From the NCBI GenBank assembly GCA_964508365.1, contig CAZDTP010000044.1:1-25633 (forward strand): DNA of 25,633 nt. The letters are read 5' to 3'. This document shows, piece after piece, positions 16,712-25,392 of this stretch. Both the position numbers and the translations under genes were made by a program. The stretch is from an uncultured archaeon. GTDB lineage: Archaea; Asgardarchaeota; Lokiarchaeia; Sigyniarchaeales; SOKP01. How positions within the stretch are numbered: the first letter of the stretch is position 1; each line of letters starts with the position of its first letter. The notes under the pieces were generated by a model, which saw nothing but the letters and a program-made list of their open reading frames with translations, was not told the DNA's origin and did no database searches.

Positions 16712-16931
16712 TCACCTTTGAAGTAACAACCATTAATAATAAATCTTGTTAAATTTGATTATAAGAACATAATTGAAATAGATTTTAATCAAAATCTTTA
16801 CAATTTTATTAATTTATGAACTAAAGTTTTTAAATCGAAATTAAAAAGTTATATATGAGATTTGATTTAAAATAATAACTCCCTAAACCCAGATCATATT
16901 GCTACCACCAAATCTCAATGGATGAATTGTT

Positions 16932-17477
16932 ATGGCGAATTTGAGCGATCTAACCGTTTCCTTACTGGATAAATTAGCAAAGGAAATTGGTATCAAACTT
17001 AACAAAAAAGATAAGAAACCAGATAAAATTTCTAAAATACAAAACGCTGGTCTTGAAGAACTACAACTTAATCAATTAATACAAAAATATTATGGGCAAA
17101 AATCCACACCGAAAAAGACAAGTAAAGATGTGATTTCAGAGTTAAAAGGTAGAGTTAAACTACTTGAAGAACAGGTCAAATTTTTGATGTCAGAAATAAG
17201 CGTATCGAAGGTGTCTGTAATGAAAGAAAGCGACCGGGATCTCTTAACCGTTACAACAGATTTAGCTGAAATCAAGAAATTTATCAAATCAATTATATCC
17301 CCTGGAGAATCTATTACGATCGATGAGTTAATTGATATAAATGAAATTCAAAAAATACCTTTAATTACGTTAAAACATTCAATCTACGATCTTATTGACG
17401 AGAATGTGTTTGATGTCGCGGAAGGCAACTCAAGGCAAAAAATTGGGGGAAAAATCGGAGTATTGATAAGAAAATAA
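16932..17477 (+). CDS. Rho_N/HeH-like N-terminus + coiled coil + C-terminal wHTH-like domain
   Basis: LSDLTVSLLDKLAKEIGIKLNKKDKKPDKISKI; ISELKGRVKLLEEQVKFL; SITIDELID...LKHSIYDLIDENVF. Confidence 0.7.
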   Translation: MANLSDLTVSLLDKLAKEIGIKLNKKDKKPDKISKIQNAGLEELQLNQLIQKYYGQKSTPKKTSKDVISELKGRVKLLEEQVKFLMSEISVSKVSVMKESDRDLLTVTTDLAEIKKFIKSIISPGESITIDELIDINEIQKIPLITLKHSIYDLIDENVFDVAEGNSRQKIGGKIGVLIRK

Positions 17478-17540
17478 TCAATTATAAAAATTAGATAAAA
17501 AATATTAAAAATTTTTATTCTACTCTAATTAGGTATTATT

Positions 17541-18044
17541 ATGAGTGAAGATAAAGATATAAGATTATTAAAGGAAAGAAGAAGCATAAGAAGCTATGAT
17601 TCCCGACCCATAGAGGATGAAATTCTCACTAAAATTCTTGATGCAGCTCGATGGTGTTGGAGTGCAGTAAATCGTCAACCCTGGAAGTTTTATGTCATCA
17701 GAAACAGCAATCTTATTTCACAAATAGCTAAAGAATGTATTACTGGGACATTTGCAGCAGAAGCTCCAGTGTTAGTTGCTCTAATCGGTGATGTTGAAGC
17801 ACAACCAAATTGGTATGTACACGATTTGAGTTTTCTTTCTTTACAATTAGCTTTGGCAGCATGGACTTATGGAATTGGTACCTGTTTCATAGGAAATGTA
17901 AATCGAGATAATGTAAAAGAAATTTTGGGATTAAATGAAAAAGACTTTTTATTAACCGTTCTTCCATTAGGATATCCTGCGGGTAATATTCCAGAACCGA
18001 GACCCAGAAAACCATTGGATGAAATAGTTAAATATTTTGATTAA
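17541..18044 (+). CDS. Nitroreductase family protein
   Basis: RRSIRSYD, AARWCWSAVNRQPWKF, LAAWTYGIGTCFIG, LPLGYP...RPRKPL. Confidence 0.93.
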   Translation: MSEDKDIRLLKERRSIRSYDSRPIEDEILTKILDAARWCWSAVNRQPWKFYVIRNSNLISQIAKECITGTFAAEAPVLVALIGDVEAQPNWYVHDLSFLSLQLALAAWTYGIGTCFIGNVNRDNVKEILGLNEKDFLLTVLPLGYPAGNIPEPRPRKPLDEIVKYFD

Positions 18045-18053
18045 ATGGGATTC

Positions 18054-18061
18054 TTTTTTTT
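18054..18061 (+). terminator. Oligo-T terminator candidate
   Basis: T8 run 9 nt after the 18044 stop. Confidence 0.4.
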
Positions 18062-18223
18062 ACACTCATATCTGCCCTGTTTCAAATAATAATGTAATAA
18101 TTACCTTTTTTTTTAGCAAAAATATTTTCACTTTACTAGTAAAGTAATATCTTTATTTACTTCATTAATGTAAATAATAAACAAAAATTAACTCATAAAA
18201 ACATACTGTTTGGTGGTAAATAA

Positions 18224-19057
18224 GTGAATATGACTCAATTGATTAAATGTATAATAGCAGTTGGAGTTGGGCTCTTCATGCTCCTAGTAGCGCCTATTCT
18301 AGTGCAAATCTCTCTGGAAGGTGTTTTAAACGAACTTCTTATAATAGTTGTAACTCAACCCCAATTTAGCAGTGGAATTACTTTATTTTCATTATTTTAT
18401 CCTTTATGGCGAGCTATAGGATATGTAGCTGGAATAGTTCTATTAGCTATTATTCCATCAATCTATAAAGGTAAGGAATGGACTATGAAGGTGGAATTAA
18501 CTGCTTATGCAGTTCCATCTGTTAGTGGAATGTTTATGTTTCTCCCTTATATAAGTTTCGTGGGAGGTTTCCCAATTCCTATGATAATCTCATTCGTTGG
18601 ATTGCTGGGATTCTGGAGTGTATTTGTATTACATAAATACGATAGTTTTGGTGAAAAAATAGTGAACATCATTACTTACACATTTATAGGGATGCTAACT
18701 ACACACGCATTCGTTATAGGTATTGCAGCACAAAGAATGTTGCTCACACGAGCAGCAGCGCCTCTATTTGATGGATTGGAATGGTGGATCTTAACTCTAT
18801 CTGGTGAGGTCAACTGGATTGCCGTTCTTATGCTTTTTGGTTCTATTCCTCTGATGGCAGAGCGTAAGGAGAATGGATGGTGGCTTGCATTAGTTGCCGC
18901 TTTAACCATTGTAACGATCGATATTCCAACACAGATTATTCGAACGAATACGCTTGATTATCTGATGGGCGCGTTGCTTGCCGCTGCTTTGTTAGCACTA
19001 CTATTGATTTTCAAAGACCGATTGATTGGTGAAAATCATACTAACTTAAGAGATTAA
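18224..19057 (+). CDS. 8-TM membrane protein, unknown function; architecture like 12617..13462
   Basis: 277 aa; GGTGG RBS; SIYKGKEWT and AERKENGWWLA junction motifs. Confidence 0.8.
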   Translation: MNMTQLIKCIIAVGVGLFMLLVAPILVQISLEGVLNELLIIVVTQPQFSSGITLFSLFYPLWRAIGYVAGIVLLAIIPSIYKGKEWTMKVELTAYAVPSVSGMFMFLPYISFVGGFPIPMIISFVGLLGFWSVFVLHKYDSFGEKIVNIITYTFIGMLTTHAFVIGIAAQRMLLTRAAAPLFDGLEWWILTLSGEVNWIAVLMLFGSIPLMAERKENGWWLALVAALTIVTIDIPTQIIRTNTLDYLMGALLAAALLALLLIFKDRLIGENHTNLRD

Positions 19058-19059
19058 AC

Positions 19060-19073
19060 TTTTCTTTTTTTTT
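19060..19073 (+). terminator. Oligo-T terminator candidate
   Basis: T-rich run directly after the 19057 stop. Confidence 0.45.
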
Positions 19074-19230
19074 CAGTTCTACGACTAACCGAATTAATAT
19101 TTTTTTTTAATATTCTTAATACAAGCTTTAACAAATACTAGTTATTTAAAATTACTAATTTTTGCTCCTAAGCCACGCAGTCCTTTAAATCCCGTAAATT
19201 TAATTGTCACAAAAGGCGATTAAGGAATCT

Positions 19231-20337
19231 TCAGAGAGTTTTTACTCGTATAAATTTCTCACTATCATCGAGTGATTTTGCAATTGGTAATGTTGCACCT
19301 CGGGATAATAATTCCTCTTCCAAATGGTTAGCTAATTGCACTGTAGAGTGCTTAAGTTCTGTTAGATCTTGAGATTGCAATAAATGTGTAATATGAAATG
19401 CGATTTCTTCTGGTAATCTGGAAAGACCTTCTTGTACAGAGTAAAAACTATTTCTTTTCCATGTTTCATTTTGTAGTAATTGAAAAGCCCAAAGGTAATA
19501 TTCAGCATTATCACACGCAGCATACAAACCTGCAAATAAATTGTTTTTTTCTTCAGCCGATTTACTCTTATTGAGATATTCTATCACTCCTGACCATCCA
19601 GATGCAATTTTATGAGTATTTACTTCTTTCTTTCCTGATCTTAACCTTTCTTTCAATAGAGTTCTAACATCTTCAACTAGCTCTGAAGCGATTTTAAGCG
19701 CCTTTTTAGGTTCAGATTTTAAGAATTTTTTGGCTCTAGAAACATACTCAACAGGTAAAATATCAAAATTAATGATTTCCTGAAACTGTTTTCCCCAATT
19801 ATTCAGAAAATAATTCTTATTAAGAGCTGAAAGGGTGCAGTTTAAATCTATGATAATTTGCCATTTAAGGAATGTCAATTCTAATACACTACTTTCTTCT
19901 ATATACTTTTCTAATCTCCAAAGTTGCCCATAAAAAGAGTCAAAATTAGCTATAGCTTGTTTGAGTGCGTTTGTTCCACCTTCAGATACTCTCTCCTTCA
20001 GATTGTTAAATTTATTTAAATTAATCTCATCCCTATAGTATACTATCACAGCTTTAGCTAAAGAACCTACTCCTATACTCCAATGTTTTCCATCTTTTCC
20101 TGTGGTTACTTCCTCAATATCCTTCCAAGTCATAGACCATAAACAGATTGGTTGCTTATCTAAGACAAACTCCCATTTCACTTCTTTATTATCAATTATA
20201 GCGATCATATCATAATCAGAGTGAAGATGCTCTCTTCCTAAAGCTAATCCTCCATAGAGTAAGATCAAATCTATATCAGAAACTCTATTCAGCAACTTTT
20301 CTGCTATTTTTTTTGCTTTTTCAATTGCATCATTCAT
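19231..20337 (-). CDS. Pol-beta superfamily nucleotidyltransferase with helical C-terminal domains (KNTase-like)
   Basis: LILLYGGLALGREHLHSDYDMIAII = hG[GS]x9-13DxD motif, followed by mostly helical sequence. Confidence 0.8.
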   Translation of the reverse strand: MNDAIEKAKKIAEKLLNRVSDIDLILLYGGLALGREHLHSDYDMIAIIDNKEVKWEFVLDKQPICLWSMTWKDIEEVTTGKDGKHWSIGVGSLAKAVIVYYRDEINLNKFNNLKERVSEGGTNALKQAIANFDSFYGQLWRLEKYIEESSVLELTFLKWQIIIDLNCTLSALNKNYFLNNWGKQFQEIINFDILPVEYVSRAKKFLKSEPKKALKIASELVEDVRTLLKERLRSGKKEVNTHKIASGWSGVIEYLNKSKSAEEKNNLFAGLYAACDNAEYYLWAFQLLQNETWKRNSFYSVQEGLSRLPEEIAFHITHLLQSQDLTELKHSTVQLANHLEEELLSRGATLPIAKSLDDSEKFIRVKTL

Positions 20338-20614
20338 TTAATTCACTTCTATGTGTACAAACCTATTTTCGAAATATATTGACTAAAAAACCAGAAGAAT
20401 AAAATGATTATTAAAAACTCACTATAGTTTTTCAGTTGGTAATTCTGATATTCAAATAAGATATTTGAATATTTTTATGTTTTTCTGATTAATCTATCTT
20501 AAGAGAATTATTTTTCGATACAATTAGAGATTCTAAGTTATAAATTGAATTGATAGAAAATAAATAATTTACACAATTTCATAAATAGACTAATATAACT
20601 TTTATGTTGTAAAT

Positions 20615-20983
20615 ATGGTTGTTTTTACATTTGTCGTATGTGCTGAGCCTTATAAATTCGAAGCACTAGACACGATGCTTAACTTAGGACAAGCAATCCT
20701 AAAGAAGGGTCATACAGTATTGGGTATTTTTTTTTATGGAAGTGGTGTGTATAGTGCAAAGCGGGAAATTAATATTAGTTCATCAATGAGAGATTTACCT
20801 AAGCGGCTCGAAAATTTTGTCAACGAGAATGATATTAATCTATCTGCTTGTAGCACATGGATGAATTTTACAGGTTTAAAACCTAACGAGTTAATCAAAA
20901 GAACTGCTCAAGTAGGTTTAGGTGGATTATCAGAATGGATGGCAGAATCAGATAGAGTAATAGTTTTTGGTCCAGGAGGATGA
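20615..20983 (+). CDS. dsrE: DsrE/TusD-like sulfur-relay subunit
   Basis: GHTVLGIFFYGSGVY, LSACSTW (Cys aligned with TusD/DsrE Cys78), GLGGLSEWMAESDRVIVF. Confidence 0.85.
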   Translation: MVVFTFVVCAEPYKFEALDTMLNLGQAILKKGHTVLGIFFYGSGVYSAKREINISSSMRDLPKRLENFVNENDINLSACSTWMNFTGLKPNELIKRTAQVGLGGLSEWMAESDRVIVFGPGG

Positions 20984-20984
20984 A

Positions 20985-21356
20985 ATGATGGTTAAATCAG
21001 TAGTAATTTTATGCGAGGATTCTCCCATTGGTAAGAATTCTGCTGTAGAAGCGATCCGCATGGGTGCGGGGATTATGGCAGTAGGAGATCTTGATGAGTG
21101 CAAGGTAATCTTTATGGGTGATTCAGTCTACTTTTTATCCAAGAATTTTAATCCAGAAAAGGTCAATAGGGACGCCTCTTCAAATATTTTTAGATTACTA
21201 GAACTTTCTGATTTAAAAGTTTACGCTCTAAACTCTGCTTTAGAAATTGCGGGCATTAGCCATTCTGATTTAATAGAAATTGACAATGTAAAAGTGGCAA
21301 GTATGCGAGAAATTTCAAAATTTATCTTAGAAGCAGATCTAATGTATAGGTATTAA
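20985..21356 (+). CDS. dsrF: DsrF/TusC-like subunit
   Basis: GGAGG RBS overlaps the dsrE end, so the start is ATG 20985 rather than 20967; SPIG..SAVEAIR, VIFMGDSVYFL. Confidence 0.75.
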   Translation: MMVKSVVILCEDSPIGKNSAVEAIRMGAGIMAVGDLDECKVIFMGDSVYFLSKNFNPEKVNRDASSNIFRLLELSDLKVYALNSALEIAGISHSDLIEIDNVKVASMREISKFILEADLMYRY

Positions 21357-21374
21357 TGTATTGAGGTGATAATT

Positions 21375-21716
21375 ATGGAAAATGAGAAAGATATTGTATA
21401 TCTATACGGATTCAGCACTAGAAAACAGATGTATCTAGATAACTTGTTAGGTATTCTAAGTGAACAGATTGAAAACAATGTTAGTATTGCAATCGTTCTA
21501 ATTCACGATGGGGTAATCGGAACATCACAAAATGGTACAATACCATACTTATTAGATAAATTGTTAAATCTCTCAATATCGGTATTTGCACTGTTACCTG
21601 ATCTATTAGCGCGAGGAATTGAACCAAATACGGTTGATCCTAGAATTAAATGTATCGAATACGACGAACTTGTAGATATATTAGCACAAATTCCCAAAGT
21701 AGCCTCTTGGATGTAA
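21375..21716 (+). CDS. dsrH: DsrH/TusB-like subunit
   Basis: GAGGTGA RBS then ATG 21375; VLIHDGVI, VFALLPDLLARGI, IEYDELVDIL...KVASW. Confidence 0.85.
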   Translation: MENEKDIVYLYGFSTRKQMYLDNLLGILSEQIENNVSIAIVLIHDGVIGTSQNGTIPYLLDKLLNLSISVFALLPDLLARGIEPNTVDPRIKCIEYDELVDILAQIPKVASWM

Positions 21717-21805
21717 TATTTAATTCGAGATCTATTGTCTTTTTATTATTAATTACCTATTTATTCATTAGTTATTCTATTTGAAATTTAAATGGTAAGG
21801 AAAAA

Positions 21806-22591
21806 TTGCAGATTATAGATTTAGAAGAAAAATACAACGATCTTTATTTTATGTGTTTAGAAGATTGGAGCGACGAAATGAAAGAAGCTGGTGACCATAA
21901 AGAGAGTTGGTACAATAAGATGAAAAATAAAGGTCTTGGAGTGAAATTGGCCTTAAATAAAAAAGAAGAGGTAGTAGGAATGATACAATACATTCCTATC
22001 GAGTATTCTTTTGCAGAAGGAGAAGATTTATACTATATAAATTGTATATGGGTGCACGGTTACGATGAAGGCGTTGGAAACTTTCAGAAAAAAGGAATAG
22101 GTAAAAAATTGATAAAAGCTGCTGAAGAAGATGTTTTTCTTAGAGGAGCTAAAGGAATAGTAGCATGGGGTGTCTCTATACCTTTTTGGATGAAAGCTTC
22201 TTGGTTCAAAAAACAAGGATATGAAAAAGTGGATAAAAAGGGTATGGCAGTTTTACTGTGGAAACCTTTTTCTGAAGATGCTATCGCGCCTAAGTGGATA
22301 AAACAGAAAAAAAAACCCAAGAAAATTCCTGGAAAAGTATCAGTAACAGCCTTCTTAAACGGATGGTGTCCTTCCCAGAACATCGTATTTGAAAGAGCCA
22401 AAAGAGCAGCCTTAGAATTCGGAGATAACGTAGTTTTTACAGAAATAGATACATTTAATAGAGAGGTATTTTCAGAATGGGGTATTGCTGATGCCCTTTT
22501 TATCGATGGGAAGGAAATTAGAACCGGACCCCCACCATCATACGAAAGTATTAAGAACAAAATAGCTAAGCGAGTCAAGAAATTGAAATAG
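21806..22591 (+). CDS. GNAT acetyltransferase fused to a C-terminal thioredoxin-like domain
   Basis: TTG start; VGMIQYIP, INCIWVHG, FQKKGIGKKLIKAAEED (acetyl-CoA motif A); GWCPSQN...FTEIDT...DALFIDG thioredoxin-like tail. Confidence 0.85.
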   Translation: MQIIDLEEKYNDLYFMCLEDWSDEMKEAGDHKESWYNKMKNKGLGVKLALNKKEEVVGMIQYIPIEYSFAEGEDLYYINCIWVHGYDEGVGNFQKKGIGKKLIKAAEEDVFLRGAKGIVAWGVSIPFWMKASWFKKQGYEKVDKKGMAVLLWKPFSEDAIAPKWIKQKKKPKKIPGKVSVTAFLNGWCPSQNIVFERAKRAALEFGDNVVFTEIDTFNREVFSEWGIADALFIDGKEIRTGPPPSYESIKNKIAKRVKKLK

Positions 22592-22695
22592 TTAAGCTCG
22601 TCTTTGATAGTTATAATTAAAAAGATTAAAATTTTATGATTAAATAGTAATAAATAAATATTTCAAGAAATGTTTTATTAAAATGAGGTTCTATT

Positions 22696-23097
22696 ATGTT
22701 ATTTGACATCTTTAACGAAGATTGGGCTCAAACCTTTGGCACGCTTGAAGATATCATGTGGTTTCTTCTCTTATACTTGATCTTTCTTATAGTCATGGCG
22801 ATTTTTCTTAAAATCGCATTGAGTTTCTTCAGTAATGCAAGGAATACGGAGTTTGGATCAGTATTTTTAACTTCTTTCGTAATAACGGTTATTTATGCCC
22901 TAACATTTTTGTTCCTAAATGGTTGGGTAGCATGGGTAATAGTTTTAATTGCGGCGTGGTTGTTAATTAGTGCAAGACATAATACAGGATTCTTTGGAGC
23001 AATAGTGGTAACCATCCTTGCTTTTATACTCTATATTATCGTTGCTATATTGCTTGGCATACTATTGGGTGTTACATTAATAATTTTACCATTCTAA
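22696..23097 (+). CDS. 4-TM membrane protein with an internal two-helix repeat
   Basis: GAGGT RBS; RNTEFGSVFLTS versus HNTGFFGAIVVT repeat. Confidence 0.75.
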   Translation: MLFDIFNEDWAQTFGTLEDIMWFLLLYLIFLIVMAIFLKIALSFFSNARNTEFGSVFLTSFVITVIYALTFLFLNGWVAWVIVLIAAWLLISARHNTGFFGAIVVTILAFILYIIVAILLGILLGVTLIILPF

Positions 23098-23098
23098 C

Positions 23099-23115
23099 TT
23101 CTTTTTTCTTTTTTT
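23099..23115 (+). terminator. Oligo-T terminator candidate
   Basis: T-rich run immediately after the 23097 stop. Confidence 0.45.
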
Positions 23116-23194
23116 CTAAATTAATTCAGAACTTAATTTGTAAGGGAATATTACACTAGACTATATGGGTAGTAGATATTTTACAAAACACAGT

Positions 23195-23641
23195 TTAACA
23201 GGTTTCACCATCTTTTTCGTAACAATCAAAAATACTGTCTAAATTTTCAATATAATTTACCATAGATTTATACCATCTATCAAGTAAATCGCGTAATTGG
23301 CTCCTGATTATTTCTAAATCTTTAGCACCATATACGTACAGATATCCGCGTATATTTTTTTCTTCTTTTTCTTCTTTTTCATTAAAGTCTTTCAAAGACA
23401 TTGATCTCTTTTCTACGATATCAAGATCGTTTAAAACTTGAAGTGCTCTTTGGATTGAACTACGATCTTTTTTAAATACTTCCGTTAATTTCATAGTAGA
23501 CACTTTATCGTGTTTCAACAAATAAGAAAAGACATTTGTTTCAATAACATTTAATCCTAATATGCATTTAAACAACTTCCCGCTTTTGAAAACTTTCTTC
23601 TCTTTAACCATACCTTTTAGTTGTTCTGTAATACTTTCCAA
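23195..23641 (-). CDS. Archaeal HTH transcriptional regulator (TrmB-like/COG3355-type)
   Basis: FKCILGLNVIETNVFSYLL, LTEVFKKDRSSIQRALQVLNDLDIVEK, RGYLYVY. Confidence 0.85.
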   Translation of the reverse strand: MESITEQLKGMVKEKKVFKSGKLFKCILGLNVIETNVFSYLLKHDKVSTMKLTEVFKKDRSSIQRALQVLNDLDIVEKRSMSLKDFNEKEEKEEKNIRGYLYVYGAKDLEIIRSQLRDLLDRWYKSMVNYIENLDSIFDCYEKDGETC

Positions 23642-23701
23642 GGGTTTCCACCAATTTAATTAGTAGGATTCTACAAATTTAAAAAATTAAAAATAAAAAA
23701 A

Positions 23702-24109
23702 TTAAGTAAACGATTTCAACTTCTCTAATACTTTCCTTATATACTCTTCGTTCACCGCACCAACAATTTTGTGAATCACTTTATCGTCCCTAATGAAAAG
23801 CGTTGTAGGAATTCCAGTGATCCTATAAGTTTGGGCAATAGAACCAACTTCGTCAACATTTACTTTAACAAAGATAAATTCTTGGAAGAGCTCCTTTTGA
23901 ATCCTTTCGAATACTGGAGCGAACATCATACAGGGTGAACACCATACTGCCCAGAAATCTATGATTAAAATCTTGTCGGGGAATTCTGCTTTCAGTTTAG
24001 TAAATTCTTCCGCCGTATGAATTTTAACAATTTCTGTTGGCATGGATTGAGATTTTAACAGCATTTCTGCCTTTTTTAGCCTAATTCTATTCAGGTCGTC
24101 TTCAGTCAT
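23702..24109 (-). CDS. trxA: Thioredoxin with an N-terminal helical extension
   Basis: IDFWAVWCSPC, KVNVDE, ITGIPTTLF (cis-Pro), IVGAV. Confidence 0.95.
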   Translation of the reverse strand: MTEDDLNRIRLKKAEMLLKSQSMPTEIVKIHTAEEFTKLKAEFPDKILIIDFWAVWCSPCMMFAPVFERIQKELFQEFIFVKVNVDEVGSIAQTYRITGIPTTLFIRDDKVIHKIVGAVNEEYIRKVLEKLKSFT

Positions 24110-24243
24110 TTTCTAAGTGTTTTCGTTTATTTTAAAGAAGTGAGATAGTTCCACACGATCACACAACTTTCTTAATAGGGATCATTTAAACTTCTATTTA
24201 AAGATCACGATTATGAAAAAAAGGGTGAAAAGTGATATAGATA

Positions 24244-25392
24244 TTAATGTGTTTCTTTATTTTTTAATTCTCTCAGTCTTGTTTCGATAAACCACCAGAG
24301 AACGCCGATAGATATCGTTATTACCCAATTCATAATTAGTAACAATAAATTAACAATAATTTCATTTGAAGAATAACCAAAAATATTCATAATAAGTGGA
24401 GCTTCAACCCAAAAGTTATACCTAGTTTCACTGATAGCAAAATAGAGATTCTGGACAAGGAAAATATGAAAAGATGATTTTCCTATATATTTAAATACTT
24501 TAGCGATTCTTTTTTTAGAATTATCCGGTAAAATCTTCAAGGTTAATAAAACTATAACCGCAGAGTAAGGGAAAACAAGATAGTTATAATCTCCCCTTAC
24601 TAAATAAGCCCCATCTATTGCTACTCGATAGTCAAAGAACTGATATTGTATAAGATATAGTAAACTTATGGGAAATAATATCCATATAAAGATATTTTTT
24701 TTACTGAATATATCATGATCCATAGAAAACCACAAACCTAATCCTATTGCAGAGAGATATAAGAATATGGAATATCGGAAATATAATTCAACCATTAAAT
24801 CCTCATAAGAAGTAATTTCGCCAACATACAGAAACGCAGCGAGATGGATTATAATCTCAATCATAAAGCATAGAACAACAGTCAATTTAGGTTTCCAAAT
24901 AAAGGTCCTATACAAAAGGGGCATAATCAATATAGCTTGGAATATAATCGGTATGAACCACATTCCTGGACCTCCAAAAGGCGAAAGCCCTAGAAAGATA
25001 TGATCTAAAATCCAATTCTCGCTTATAAGTTGAGTAAAGCTTTCTCCATAAATTATGAATCCGTATATTAATGAATACGCATAGTAAATTAAAAAAGGAA
25101 ATATATATCGCCATAATTTATTCTTAAAATAATTCCACGAATACAACTCCCTTAGAGTATATGCGTTTTTTCTCGCAAATGAATTGCCAATATTAAAACC
25201 CATTATTATTAAAAAAACCGGTATAGCTATTCGCTCCCATAATTCAAACCCCATAACTTTTCTCAATTCGGGACCCATGTATGACCTAGAATGGTCAAGA
25301 ACAACGAGTATAATCATCCAGGCCTTAAGAAAATCAATTTGAAAGAAATTATACTTCTTTGTTTTTTGGATTAATTCGTTTGTTTCCTCCAT
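24244..25392 (-). CDS. Acyltransferase family 3 (OafA/NolL-like) integral membrane protein
   Basis: QIDFLKAWMIILVVLDH, AIPVFLIIMGF, MWFIPIIFQ, IGKSSFHIFLVQ; about 10 TM. Confidence 0.88.
   Translation of the reverse strand: MEETNELIQKTKKYNFFQIDFLKAWMIILVVLDHSRSYMGPELRKVMGFELWERIAIPVFLIIMGFNIGNSFARKNAYTLRELYSWNYFKNKLWRYIFPFLIYYAYSLIYGFIIYGESFTQLISENWILDHIFLGLSPFGGPGMWFIPIIFQAILIMPLLYRTFIWKPKLTVVLCFMIEIIIHLAAFLYVGEITSYEDLMVELYFRYSIFLYLSAIGLGLWFSMDHDIFSKKNIFIWILFPISLLYLIQYQFFDYRVAIDGAYLVRGDYNYLVFPYSAVIVLLTLKILPDNSKKRIAKVFKYIGKSSFHIFLVQNLYFAISETRYNFWVEAPLIMNIFGYSSNEIIVNLLLLIMNWVITISIGVLWWFIETRLRELKNKETH

Noticed and set aside
14864-18909. ORFs 14864..15061, 16478..16678, 17090..17287, 18676..18909
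   Set aside because: Antisense overlaps of real genes; no RBS or motifs
19165-19228. GC-richer patch downstream of the nucleotidyltransferase, considered as a SECIS or small RNA
   Set aside because: No convincing stem or SECIS core found by eye; the adjacent gene has no in-frame UGA
20846-20872. DsrE CSTW motif considered as a hidden Sec codon
   Set aside because: The codon is TGG (Trp), not TGA
21503-25114. ORFs 21503..21697, 22028..22216, 22084..22578 (164 aa), 24908..25114
   Set aside because: Shadow frames of dsrH, the GNAT and the acyltransferase; the 164-aa one is Ser/Phe/Leu-rich as expected for an antisense frame
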